NCBI RefSeq assembly: GCF_902713425.1
Contig: NC_081212.1
Span: 9,908,261-9,972,260 of the forward strand
Direction of reading: 5' to 3'
Origin: Acipenser ruthenus
Lineage: Eukaryota
Length of the DNA stretch: 64,000 nt
This document shows positions 36,301-48,790 of this stretch, piece after piece. The position numbers were made by a program, and so were the translations under genes. Positions within the stretch are counted from its first letter, which is position 1. Each line of letters opens with the position of its first letter. A model generated the notes under the pieces. The model ran no database searches, had not been told where the DNA came from, and saw only the letters and a program-made list of their open reading frames with translations.

Positions 36301-39003
36301 TCGATCCCACACTCATTGAGAGAAAGACAGAGAGGTAGAGAATCACACACGATCCCACACTCATCTGAGAGAGAGACAGACATTCACACACGATCTCACA
36401 CTCATCTGAGAGAGAGACAGAGAGGTAGACAATCACACACGATCCCACACTCATCTGAGAGAGAGACAGACAATCACACACGATCCCACACTCATCTGAG
36501 AGAGAGACAGACAATCACACTCGATCCCACACTCATCTGAGAGAAAGACAGAGAGGTAGAGAATCACACACGATCCCACACTCATCTGAGAGAGAGACAG
36601 ACAATCACACACGATCCCACACTCATCTGAGAGAAAGACAGAGAGGTAGAGAATCACACACGATCCCACACTCATCTGAGAGAGAGACAGACAATCACAC
36701 ACGATCCCACACTCATTGAGAGAAAGACAGAGAGACAGACAATCACACACGATCCCACACTCATCTGAGAGAGAGACAGAGAGGCAGACAATCACACACG
36801 ATCCTACACTCATCTGAGAGAGACAGAGAGGCAGACAATCACACACGATCCCACACTCATCTGAGAGGTAGACAATCACACACGATCCCACACTCATCTG
36901 AGAGAGAGACAGAGAGGTAGACAATCACACACGATCCCACACTCATCTGAGAGAGAGACAGACAGACAGACAATCACACACGATCCTACACTCATCTGAG
37001 AGAGAGACAGACAATCACACTCGATCCCACACTCATCTGAGAGAAAGACAGAGAGGTAGAGAATCACACACGATCCCACACTCATCTGAGAGAGAGACAG
37101 AGAGGTAGACAATCACACACGATCCCACACTCATCTGAGAGAGAGACAGACAGACAATCACACACGATCCCACACTCATCTGAGAGAGAGACAGAGGTAG
37201 ACAATCACACACGATCCCACACTCATCTGAGAGAGACAGACAATCACACACGATCCCACTCATCTGAGAGAGAGACAGAGAGGCAGACAATCACACACGA
37301 TCCCACACTCATCTGAGAGAGAGGCAGACAATCACACACGATCCCACACTCATCTGAGAGAGAGACAGAGAGGTAGACAATCACACACGATCCCACACTC
37401 ATCTGAGAGAGAGACAGACAGACAATCACACACGATCCCACACTCATCTGAGAGAGACAGACAATCACACACGATCCCACTCATCTGAGAGAGAGACAGA
37501 GAGGCAGACAATCACACACGATCCCACACTCATCTGAGAGGTAGACAATCACACACGATCCCACACTCATCTGAGAGAGAGACAGACAATCACACACGAT
37601 CCCACACTCATCTGAGAGAGAGACAGAGAGGCAGACAATCACACACGATCCCACACTCATCTGAGAGAGAGACAATCACACACGATCCCACACTCATCTG
37701 AGAGAGAGACAGACAATCACACACGATCCCACACTCATCTGAGAGAGAGACAGAGAGGCAGACAATCACACACGATCCTACACTCATCTGAGAGAGACAG
37801 AGAGGCAGACAATCCCACACGATCCCACACTCATTTGAGAGGTAGACAATCACACACGATCCCACACTCATCTGAGAGAGAGACAGACAATCACACTCGA
37901 TCCCACACTCATTGAGAGAAAGACAGAGAGGTAGAGAATCACACACGATCCCACACTCATCTGAGAGAGAGACAGACAATCACACACGATCTCACACTCA
38001 TCTGAGAGAGAGACAGAGAGGTAGACAATCACACACGATCCCACACTCATCTGAGAGAGAGACAGACAATCACACACGATCCCACACTCATCTGAGAGAG
38101 AGACAGATAATCACACTCGATCCCACACTCATCTGAGAGAAAGACAGAGAGGTAGAGAATCACACACGATCCCACACTCATCTGAGAGAGAGACAGACAA
38201 TCACACACGATCCCACACTCATCTGAGAGAAAGACAGAGAGGTAGAGAATCACACACGATCCCACACTCATCTGAGAGAGAGACAGACAATCACACACGA
38301 TCCCACACTCATTGAGAGAAAGACAGAGAGGTAGAGAATCACACACGATCCCACACTCATCTGAGAGAGAGACAGACAATCACACACGATCTCACACTCA
38401 TCTGAGAGAGAGACAGAGAGGTAGACAATCACACACGATCCCACACTCATCTGAGAGAGAGACAGAGAGGTAGACAATCACACACGATCCCATACTCATC
38501 TGAGAGAGAGACAGACAATCACACACGATCCCACACTCATCTGAGAGAGAGACAGACAATCACACTCGATCCCACACTCATCTGAGAGAAAGACAGAGAG
38601 GTAGAGAATCACACACCATCCCACACTCATCTGAGAGAGAGACAGACAATCACACACGATCCCACACTCATCTGAGAGAGAGACAGAGAGGTAGACAATC
38701 ACACACGATCCCACACTCATCTGAGAGAGAGACAGACAATCACACACGATCCCACACTCATCTGAGAGAGAGACAGAGAGGTAGACAATCAAACACGATC
38801 CCACACTCATCTGAGAGAGAGACAGAGAGGTAGACAATCACACACGATCCCACACTCATCTGAGAGAGACAGACAATCACACACGATCCCACACTCATCT
38901 GAGAGAGAGACAGAGAGGTAGACAATCACACACGATCCCACACTCATCTGAGAGAGAGACAGACAATCACACACGATCCCACACTCATCTGAGAGACAAT
39001 CAC
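30353..39003 (-). repeat. 8.6-kb tandem array (about 170 units of 40-57 bp) whose unit is a copy of the castor 3' splice site (polypyrimidine + CAG) plus the first 17 nt of the exon (ATGAGTGTGGGATCGTG = DECGIV); higher-order period about 1.5 kb
   Basis: minus-strand unit atgagtgtgggatcgtg|tgtgattgtctacctctctgtctctctctcag; every supplied minus-strand ORF in the region reads …SDECGIVCDCLPLCLSLR; identical ORFs recur at 1502-bp spacing (34949/36451; 34814/36316/37912 on +). Confidence 0.9.
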
Positions 39004-39629
39004 ACACTGCTTTTTCCACAAAACAAAACAAAACAGCCTTTCAATGAAGAATTAGGAGTGTAGCGATACAATAGTCAGGATACAATACGTATTATACAGG
39101 CTACAATATAATATCACAGTACATATGATGGTCCTCATGGGGTAGTTTTACTGTGATGCATAATAAGATTAAATGATCATTTCCTGACTCATTTGTTAAT
39201 GAAATGAGTTAGGGAGAGTATGTATTCAACCATAACATAGTCTTATTCTTCATTGAAGAAGCATTTGGTGAACTACAGTAAGCTATGTTGTGCTTCTGGT
39301 ATTTTTTGGTCCAGCCTATTCCGATAGAATATATTATGGAAAGAAAGGCTCGTGCATCATCAATATAAGAGGAATCTTGGCCCATGATTGGACTGATATA
39401 TGGCATGAGATTTGAAGATTTTTGGGTTGCTGGTCTCTCGTACTGTTTGGATAATTTAAAACCTGAATGCAGTGGGCAGGCTCATGAGAAAAAAACATAC
39501 GCTGTTACAAAATGACAGCGAGTGTAGCTCACAAAATAATCCCATAACTCCTCTCTGTTGTGCACTTCCATTTTTATATAGGTCTCACGTGTCCACTATT
39601 GAAAGAAAGAAACACTACTGTAATTTTAA

Positions 39630-39850
39630 AATATGATATCTGGTACTACAAACCTCTGTTTGCAAGCCATGCTTTCAGTTAATGTTGCACTTGCTTGGTC
39701 ATTCTAGAGGGTGAAATTCTACCCTTCAATGGCTTCTTTCCTATCAATAAACAATCAGCTGCTTCCCCATTGACTGGTTTGCTTTCAGCCAATAACATGG
39801 CCCAGAAGACACTGCTGAGGTGACCCAGGAAGTACATTATATTTCACAAT
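39630..39850 (+). repeat. dispersed repeat, unknown family (second copy at 54230-54440)
   Basis: two copies share about 75% identity over 200 bp. Confidence 0.4.
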
Positions 39851-40005
39851 GTTTTAAAATGAAAAGAAATGTTAACATTTGTTTCTTTAAAAACATTTGA
39901 CACCTAAATATGGAGTTGATGTTACTATTTTGTTAGCACCAATTCCATTAAGCATTGGAAATTTGTGGGCAAGTTTATAGACATACACAGCCTCGCTCTC
40001 ACTCA

Positions 40006-40088
40006 CCGAAGCCCAGCGGCTGCCCTCCGATCCTCACCATCTTCCAGAGCTCTCCGGAGGCGCTGGTGAAGAGCACGTTAAGGGGGAA
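40006..40088 (-). CDS. castor2: CASTOR/GATS-like protein coding exon (RFPLNVLFTSASGELWKMVRIGGQPLGF)
   Basis: minus-strand acceptor CCCTCAG at 40089-40095, donor GTGAGT at 40005-40000; matches human KFPSDLLLTSSSGELWRMVRIGGQPLGF. Confidence 0.88.
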
Positions 40089-40484
40089 CCTGAGGGAGAC
40101 AGCATGCAGTCATGAGATATGAACACACTGCTGCCGGATATAGAATCAGGATCTACGCAGCTAACTCTGCTGGATCTGAACACCATCCCTGTTAGATTAC
40201 ATACTTAAGCCCTTCAGAAAGGTTGGGGAGTTGGGGGAGCTTTCCCTCAAAATCTGTTCTGATTCTTTCCTGCTTTTTCAGTATAGGCATATGGGAGATA
40301 CCCAGACTGAAAAAGCAGGAAAAAACAACCTTAAAACAGAGACAAGAATTGGAAACAAAATAACATAAAAGATATGTCACTGAAATTTACCTTAAGTTTA
40401 AGCTCAACAAAGGGCATTAATGTCAGCTTATTAATGTCAGAACTTTGTCAATTTGAGTCTTAAAGGACCCCAGTGATTCAGCAT

Positions 40485-41098
40485 TGTGACGAAGTGCCCG
40501 CCCCTGTGTGTATTTTGTGTGTTATGTGTTGTATGTTGCGTGTGTTAATGTTGGTGTATAGTCATTGGTACACGGGATATAAACGGGTCTGTGTTTCACG
40601 TGTATTTAAAAATGTAGATTTGTATTTAGGCACGAGGAGGGCACAAATCACTTCACGTGCTGGTTAAATGTAATATATGAGCACGGGGTTTGCACAGAAT
40701 TAATTCACGTGCTGGGATTCAAGTGAATAATTAATTAGTAATTGAATCCCAGCACAACAGTATATATAGATGCACATTTCTTTCACTCAGGGTTGGGTGT
40801 TCGGTGAGTGGAGAACGGGAGAGAGAGAAGGAGAAAATAAAACAAAGTAAAGTAATTAGAAGTGTTTTCACTCACCGTGTTTGTTCGTCTGTCTGTTTAA
40901 GTGTAGTACGTTTTGTTTGTCTTTTTATTTTGGCGTATAGTGCCGTGTCCCGTGTTTTGTGTTAAAACCTTTTATTTTCTGTGCTGTTTATTAAATGCTG
41001 AGCGAAACCATTCGCTCAGCTCCACCAAACCACACCTCTCTGTCTGTTTATTTCCTGCTTCTGGTCTGACGCCACCGACTCCGGCCGTCTTTGTGACA
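40485..41098 (+). mobile_element. solo LTR (614 bp, TG…CA) of the LTR family at 56766-60419, with 5-bp TSD AGCAT (40480-40484 and 41099-41103); inserted into a CR1-like 3' fragment
   Basis: about 85% identical to the reverse complement of the LTRs at 56766-57377 and 59809-60419; flanking CR1 fragment is contiguous across the insertion (…cagtgattcAGCAT / AGCATcaacaacttaactag…). Confidence 0.8.
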
Positions 41099-41507
41099 AG
41101 CATCAACAACTTAACTAGATAACCCATTCCATACCTTCACCACTCTCTGTGTCAAGAGGTGTCTCCAACCAAACAACATGAATGTCACGTGGGTCAGAGA
41201 ATAACCCATCATTACATTCTACCTTTTAAGTGTGGAAACTCCCTGTGACAGAGCAGAGGCTCTGCACACGGCTGTGTGAGTTTGGTGAAGGAAGCTGGAA
41301 ACAAGATGCCCACCCTTGCACAGCAACAGGACATTGTTTAATTGTTTGATTGTTTAATTGTTGGATTAATCGAGTGATTGAAGTTTGAATGGAAAAGTGG
41401 AATGAGGCCAGTGATTGGATGATGGAATCAATTAAGCCCCTGGCCTCATGGTATAAAAAGGGAACAAAGGAGTATTTGGTAAGAGTGTGTCAGAGATGTG
41501 TCAGTGA

Positions 41508-41543
<36 letters not shown>

Positions 41544-41892
41544 AAAAAGAAGCTTGGGTGTTATATTTTGTTTGTTTTGAAGAGTTTGTAGGGTTTTTGT
41601 TTAAACGTTTTGTTTGTTCCAGTTTTGAAGTATTTTGTGTGCCAAGGCTCTTTAAACTGCAGTTCTGTGTTTGGGGTTAGGGTTAGCCTTGACTGCCCAC
41701 CACTACGCCACACTCCCCTAGTTCAGACAGTCACCTACCCAGGAGGCTCTATCAGTCTGGAGTTTACCTTGGAAGAGCATCATCAATACAAAACATAAAT
41801 AACTCCACTTTGGGAATAGAGTCTACCAGTAGATAGGGAGTTATTTTTTATAACAGGCTGCCCAGTGTCATGTTTCTCTCCTAATCACCTAC

Positions 41893-42003
41893 CTCTTCTG
41901 TGTCTCCTCATCCATCACCAAGGAGACGTAGCCTTCAATCAGAGAGAAGGAGAAGAACCTGATGTACTCCAAATCGTCACTGGGTGCTGCAGACTCCTTC
42001 ACC
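41893..42003 (-). CDS. castor2: CASTOR/GATS-like protein coding exon (GVKESAAPSDDLEYIRFFSFSLIEGYVSLVMDEETQK)
   Basis: minus-strand acceptor TTTCAG at 42004-42009, donor GTAGGT at 41892-41887; phase continuous with flanking exons; matches human TPKEAASSSPEPSSITFFAFSLIEGYISIVMDAETQK. Confidence 0.85.
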
Positions 42004-42341
42004 CTGAAACACAGACATACACTCTCACACACACACACACACGGAACGAGGGGAGGCCACTTGGTCCATCTATGCTTGGTTCCTAGTAGTTGATTGATCT
42101 CAAACCTTTGTCAAGATGGGGTCTTAAAGGATCCCAATAATTCAGCACCAACAACATGATTAGGTCACCCATTCCATACCCTGTGTGAATTAGTGTCTCC
42201 AACCCTTTGTCCTAAGTCCACTTAATTGCCAGCTGCATCCTGTGGTTCTGGTTTCTATGCTTAAAATATTAGTTCAGGTTTGTCAACTTTTAAGATTTGA
42301 AAGGCTTCAATGCCCCCCCCCCCATAGTTCTTCTTTGTTCT

Positions 42342-42650
<309 letters not shown>

Positions 42651-42959
42651 TGATATAGCAATAATGGCATTGCTGTGGTGCTTTCCTTGTTAATAATTTA
42701 CTTGGGAATTCAATTATTACCCTGTATCATGCCACAACAATGCTAGTATCCCTTAAATCAGGGGTTCCCCCTGAGGCCCACCTAAGCAGCTGCAATACGC
42801 ACTAAGGCCCACTAACACTTCCTGAGGAAAATGATTCATTGTGATTCTAACATGCTGTGGCAAAGTGCTTAGAAAAAAAGCTTTATTAAGGGCTTTTAAA
42901 TAATAACAACAATGTGTATATTCAGTAAAACCACGGGGTTCAGTCTCAAAATGATAATA

Positions 42960-43500
42960 ACAATAAACACACACTTTAAAACACCTACACGATCACCAGT
43001 CCAACAGCGAGTGCTCCGGGGGCAGCGGTGTTGTGAATACGTGAAATAGTTCTAACAGTGGTGCAGTGCAGTCCGGGTTTGATGCTGGCTGAATAGCGAC
43101 AGCTCCCGGATATTTAGCCGTCTACAATGACAACACTTAACACTCACGGTTTCGTTTCACTCATGGTCATTCCGTAACCATAACAAAGGAACAGATCGCT
43201 CGGCCACACACCCTGACACACCTTCAGTCACGCCCCCTTTGGTAGCGAGTGCAATCACATCTCCTCCAATCCATGACTGACACATCGCCTACCGCAGTAA
43301 GGCGCTGACTTCTAGTATTGTGGCTTCGCCCCCTTTTTGGATGGCCGACTTCCGACTGACCTGGGAATGAACTTTCAAACCAGACAGTCCGGGGCACTCT
43401 GTTCCTGTTACACAGCGCCCTCACAGGTCAGGAGGGAGACTGTTGACTCGGATTCATTCGCTCTCTGTCACATATCCCACCGCTCAGAGTGGAGCCGAAG
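42960..43500 (+). repeat. dispersed repeat of about 500 bp, unknown family (copies at 49440-49735 inverted and 62790-63135)
   Basis: shared blocks …ccataacaaaggaacagatc… and …gggcactctgttcc(c/t)tttacacagcgccctcacaggtc…. Confidence 0.5.
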
Positions 43501-43699
43501 GAGACGAAATGCTGATTTTTCTTTTGAAAGCTCTGATTGTGTCTTCTTGTACAAGCAAATGTCCACCATGTCCCTGAAGTGATGAATTTAGTTTGTTGAC
43601 TTCAGTAAAATGTCAGCCAGGTAAGCCAGACAGGAAAGGAACAGTGAATCCATAAAATGTTCTGCCAGCGGGGAGCCACGTTGCTGCACTAATTCTTTA

Positions 43700-44810
43700 A
43701 GTTCACCTCTTTCCTTTGGAAAGCCATCTTACTTCAGAATGAAGCAAAACATGCTCATGGCCAGCCCCTATTTCAGCACATAAAGCACTGAACAGACAAG
43801 TGTTGAGAGGATTTGCCTTTACCAAATTAACAATCGTAACAACCGAACCCAGCGCATCATGCAGCTCTGCGTTCATTTCTTTCCATGCCAGTGCCTGTCT
43901 ATGCAGCATACAGTGGGTAGCAGTGACATTCGGGGGGGACTTCTCACACTAGAGAGACACAACTTACCCGTCATAGCAGCCACTCCATCGGTACATATCC
44001 CAACTCATTTCTTCCAGTCCAGTTTGACGTAATGAAATCATTCAATAACTGAAAGATCTCAGCACCAGTTGTTCAGGTTGGTAACTCTTGGCAGAATAAA
44101 AGTGCTTCTGTCAGTTTGGTTTTGAGCATAGACCTCACGTAAATCACAAGCTGTGCTAAGTTTGCAAAATCGGTGCTTTCGTGGAGCAGCAATGCAAATG
44201 AACCGGCATAACAAATCATTTCGATGAGCTGATCTTTCACATGTATGCTCATTTCACTGATGCGCTGGCAAACTGTGTTATTAGAGAGAGGTATGCTTCC
44301 TATTTTTCTTCCAGCTTCTTCGCCTAGGACCTCTCGACACATATCTTGCACGGAAGACAAAATCAAATCCTCTCCAATAGTGTTTTTTTTACACTTCTCA
44401 TTGCAACCAAGTAGGATGCTTTTAAGCACTTTTCTATTTGTGTTGTGGTTTTCTCCAGTACTCAGTTCATTTTTTTTCCTCACAGAAACCTCCAGCAATG
44501 TTTTTACTTCAGGTGACGCTCAAGTTTTGATGGCTTCAGACACTCATTCGCTAATGTTTCGCAGCACATAACACACTGAGGCAACAGGTACTCATCCGAC
44601 CCGGAAAAGAAAAATCCAAGCTTTAAGTAGCTGTCATCGTAATTTCTTCCCACTATTCTTTTTTTTATTTCGTGTACTGGTAGCGATGGTCCAGGACTTT
44701 CATGATCTTCTCCACCAGTGATTCCTTCTGCTTTTCGTATAACAAATCTATCCATGTCTGCTTGAATTACCACCTGCAGTTTTTTACAGTTGTCACACTT
44801 GAACAAAAGT
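43700..44810 (-). mobile_element. hAT superfamily transposase remnant (internally deleted and frameshifted)
   Basis: ORFs with N-terminal RNYDDSYLKLGFFFSG…PQCVMCCETLANECLKPSKLERHL, central PLSNNTVCQRISEMS…LLLHESTD, and C-terminal dimerisation motif LLHSEVRWLSKGK. Confidence 0.7.
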
Positions 44811-44913
44811 TATTGTATTTCTTGCTCTTATTGTATTACTTGTATTGTAACACTTGAAATGTATTTGCTTACGATTGTAAGTCGCCCTGGATAAGGGCGT
44901 CTGCTAAGAAATA

Positions 44914-44962
<49 letters not shown>
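44800..44962 (+). mobile_element. SINE 3' tail (gtaagtcgccctggataagggcgtctgctaagaaataaat) fused to an (AAT)n microsatellite (44916-44962)
   Basis: direct reading; tail identical to 52995-53035. Confidence 0.55.
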
Positions 44963-45312
44963 GGTGTGGACTATGTGTACATTGCTAGGTTACCTTGCAG
45001 TTGAACGCACCGTACTCGCGAGAATTAAACTTGACATATTGCAGCTTGTTTTTTTAAACAGTTTTTTTCTATGGTGTGTTCAACATATACAGCTCAACCT
45101 TACATTTATTTAACTTTTACTTAGATTACACGAGTCAAGTGGAGTTATTTATTTAAGCACTTGTCAATGTACATATAGACTGGAGAATGCAGTTGCGCTG
45201 GCGGACCACCAAGGACTGTTTCGTGGCCCACAGTTTGGAACCCATGCCTTAAATAACTCATTTACCCCGCACCCGATTCATATGATATGATCTGTTTACA
45301 GCACTTGCTCAC

Positions 45313-45436
45313 CCGGAGGAGTAGAACATGACGTCCATTAGAATCGTGGCGACGGAGGGCAGGGTGTCTGGATCCAGGCTGGTCACACAGAACATGTTGC
45401 TGGGGCTGGATAGGGGGTGGATCACAGGCCTCTGGA
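45313..45436 (-). CDS. castor2: CASTOR/GATS-like protein coding exon (VQRPVIHPLSSPSNMFCVTSLDPDTLPSVATILMDVMFYSS)
   Basis: minus-strand acceptor TTGCAG at 45437-45442 (an alternative AG 5 nt downstream is also possible), donor GTGAGC at 45312-45307; matches human PTVHPIQSPQNRFCVLTLDPETLPAIATTLIDVLFYS. Confidence 0.8.
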
Positions 45437-46330
45437 CTGCAAACAAGAACAGAAACAAAACACACAGTCAACCAGCAAGCCAGGAGCAAACACATCCCAC
45501 ACAAAATTAGAGGCGTCACTGTCAGATCAACCAGGACCTACGTGCACTATGGGCAGCAGTGTGGGCTTTATTCCAGGGGGCATCTGTCTAGGACATTTGC
45601 AGCGGTGTGGGCTACTCCCCATACCTTTACTAGGTTCTACAGACTTAATGTCGGCGGTCCTTGGTCAACCTTTACAACACATGCATAGGTGAGCTTCTCC
45701 CTCAATGTGTTATCCCTAGCTACTTGTTACTGGGGTTCCGTATGGTAACGCACAAGGCAGCCTCTCGGCGTAGCCTTGCGACAGCTCTGGTACACTTATT
45801 CATGCGGTAATGGTTACATTTCATACTTGAATGGGAATGTTAGGTTATTATCATAAACCTGGTCCCCTGAAATAGAAAGGTAACCATTAACCTTCATGGT
45901 CGGTGCATCCACCATTGCAGCAGGCTTGAAGGAAAAATGACATTGAGGTCTGTGACTGCAATGTTTTTTATGTCCTCTGGGCAGGCCATAACTGCGTCAC
46001 AGGCTCGTCGAGCAGCTTTGAGATATCTTATTCAAGTTTTGGGTCTTTAGGAGGTAAATACCCATGTGGTAATGGTTACATTGCTATTTCAGAGAACCAG
46101 GGTTATGATAATAACCTAATGTTTGGTCACATTGTATTAAATCACACTGTCAAATTGTCATTGATTGGTACTCAACAATTGTGCAGACAAGTACAAATGA
46201 GTGACATGTAACAGGTTTTTATTATAACTAATATCTTAAAATTAAAGGAAATGACTGAAAATGTGAGTATCACAGCCCTTCTTGTGTAGTATTTGCAGTG
46301 GAGCTGTGCAGAAATTGAAAAGGGACATAC

Positions 46331-46463
46331 CGAGTTTGGGCTTGACAAAACCATTGGTCATCCCAAGACTGTTGGCTGCCACCGCCTCACCATTGACGAC
46401 CCTCAGGAGAGTGAACTCTGAGGAGAGTGTGTGCATCACGAGGGGCAGGTCCCTCTCTCGCAC
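46331..46463 (-). CDS. castor2: CASTOR/GATS-like protein coding exon (VRERDLPLVMHTLSSEFTLLRVVNGEAVAANSLGMTNGFVKPKL)
   Basis: minus-strand acceptor GTGTGCAG at 46464-46471, donor GTATGT at 46330-46325; matches human VREQDLSVVIHTLAQEFDIYREVGGEPVPVTRDDSSNGFPRTQ. Confidence 0.8.
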
Positions 46464-47449
46464 CTGCACACAGACAGACAAACATCATCATCATCATCAT
46501 CGCTGGGCATTGTCCAGAAACAATATCATTGAATAAACAAAGAAGAACTAGGGGGGACCTTAAAAGGAGATTAAAAAAGGTTAACCTTAATCAATACGAG
46601 CAGAACGTTGTAAACTGGATAGATTTAGGACAGAGGGAAGGAAATAGAGAGTGGTGAGGGTATGGAACCTAGTCATGTTGTTGATGCTGAATCACTGGGA
46701 CCTTTAAGACCCAATTTGAGTTCTAAGATGAATCAGCTACCTGGAACCGGACGAGCATAGATGGGCCAAATGGCCTCCTCTTGTTTGCAAATTTTCTATT
46801 AGTAAAACACTCTCATTACAAATCTGTAACTCGAGAGTAACACAAATTTGATTGATTCTACATTACCCTGCTGTGCTCTGAGCTTTGCTTTCTGTAGTTG
46901 TTAATCTGCTGTTATTGTCTATAGGCATGATCCAGCAGTGTCAGTATTAGAGCTGCATTACACGCTGAAGCGAATTCCAGCCCAGTATTAATGTCTGATC
47001 CAAGGGTAATCCTGGTTATGTAAAAGCATTAAGATTATTTTTAGCTCCAAATTGATCAAAAGAGAGAGTCACATTTTTGGTATCAGAGCATGACATTAAC
47101 AGCATGACTCTAACCCAAATGAAAATGGAATTTTTGTATCTTCAGAAGGTATGGTTTACATTGACCTCAACACGACCCATTGGGTGCAAATTCATCTAGT
47201 CTATGTTGATGGAATTATGAGACGTTTCCATCTGCACCATGAAACCAGTTTGTAAAACTCAATCTCGTTCCAATATCAAACTGGGGCCAGTCTGCAACCA
47301 GACATCCCACAACAGTCAAAGATCACCTATATGTATCTTTTTTTGTATAGTTACTATTTTTTATAATTTCCCAACTTCTAATATTTGCCTGGAGATGCAA
47401 TATATTCACAGCCTTCATATTTTTTTCTGCAGTGAGAGATTTAAACCCT

Positions 47450-47600
47450 TCCTCTCACATTGTTTGCATTGGTTCAATTTAGCATTAGGAAGTTTTCAAA
47501 CATCCAATTTTTGATGTCATCAAGACAGGTATTCAAAATATTAGCAGTAGATCCATCACCCTGCTTGAGGGACAGGTAAAGCTGAGTATCCAGCAGTGTC
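47450..47600 (-). mobile_element. L2-clade LINE RT fragment
   Basis: ORF …QLYLSLKQGDGSTANILNTCLDDIKNWMFENFLMLN. Confidence 0.55.
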
Positions 47601-48790
47601 AGTTCCTCTGTGACTCCCATAGTCCGGGAAAACACATGCAGACAGTGGCAGGGACACCAAGAGGTGATAGAAGCAACAGGAATTATAAAATACAGCAGCT
47701 GGATCGCAGAAAAAAGGAGCAAATATATCACATTAATCTCTTGAAACCTTGGAGGAACAGAAAAACGGTTTTAATCAACGGCAGGGAAATAAGTCAGAGT
47801 GAAAGTGTGAAAGTGGTCCTAATTTAGGAGAGGGACAGTGTAGAACAAATGTTAAAGCTGGGAGTTATAGAGGAATCTAACAGCAAGTGGACTAGTTCTA
47901 TAGTGCTAGTGCCAAAACCAGATGGGACACAGCACTTCTTTAACAATACTAGGAAATTAAATAAAGTGTCCAAGTTTGATGCCTACCCTATGCCCCGGTT
48001 AGACAAACTAATAGAAAAGTTAGGCAAAGACAGATTTGTGTCCACACTAGGTCTAACTAAAGGTTCCTGGCAGATACCGTTGATGGACATGGCAAAAGAG
48101 AAAACAACATTTGTCAATCTTGAAGGTTTATTCCAGTATATGGTGATGCCCTTCGGCTTGCATGGTGCCCCTGCAACCTTTCAGAGGTTAATAGATACAA
48201 TACGCATCAGCTTATTCGGATGACATTGTGGTATACAGTGAAGACTGGGAATCACACCTGGGTAAAGTCGGGGCTGTTTCACACAGTCTTTGGAAAGCAG
48301 ATCTTACTGCCAACACAGAAAAATGTCATGTAGGATTGATCCTGTGTTAGTGGTCCCAGATTTTGGAAAACCCTTTATACTACAGACAGACGTATCTGAT
48401 GTCGGGCTGGGGCCAGTGCTGTCACAGGGCATAGACGGAGAAGAGCACCCAGTAAAGAGGTATAGACGGAGAAGAGCACCCAGTAATCTACGTCACTAGA
48501 AAATTACTACCAAGGGAACAAAGATGCACAATTGTGGAGAAAGAGTGCCAGGCAATAAAGTGGGCAATAGAAACACTAAAGCATTATCTGTTGGGCAGGG
48601 AATTCACTCTTATTACGGACCATGCTCCTCTGAAATGGATAAGGGTGAATAAAGAAAGAAATGCTAGTCACCAGATGTTTTTTTGTCTTTACAGCCATAC
48701 CGCTTTACCATCGAATACAGAGCTGGAGCAAAACATGGTAATGCGGATGGGCTGTCGAGGGTCCACTGTCTCTCAGCTGAGTCCACTCTA
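47600..48790 (+). mobile_element. Ty3/gypsy LTR-retrotransposon pol fragment (RT and RNase H), frameshifted
   Basis: RT: IVLVPKPDGTQHFFNNTRKLNKVSKFDAYPMPRLDKLIEKLGKDRFVSTLGLTKGSWQIPLMDMAKEKTTFV…MPFGLHGAPATFQRLID; RNase H: ITDHAPLKW and YRAGAKHGNADGLSR. Confidence 0.8.

Noticed and set aside
30353-39003. possible CRISPR array (regular short direct repeats)
   Set aside because: This is a eukaryotic locus. Units are contiguous with no unique spacers, are derived from an adjacent exon, and there are no cas genes.
30832-39031. dozens of 60-160-aa minus-strand ORFs (MSVGSCVIV…DECGIVCDCL…) and + strand ORFs (MRERQRGRESHTIPHSSERETD…)
   Set aside because: Artefacts of translating the tandem array. 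There is no independent coding signal, and all share the same unit-derived peptide.
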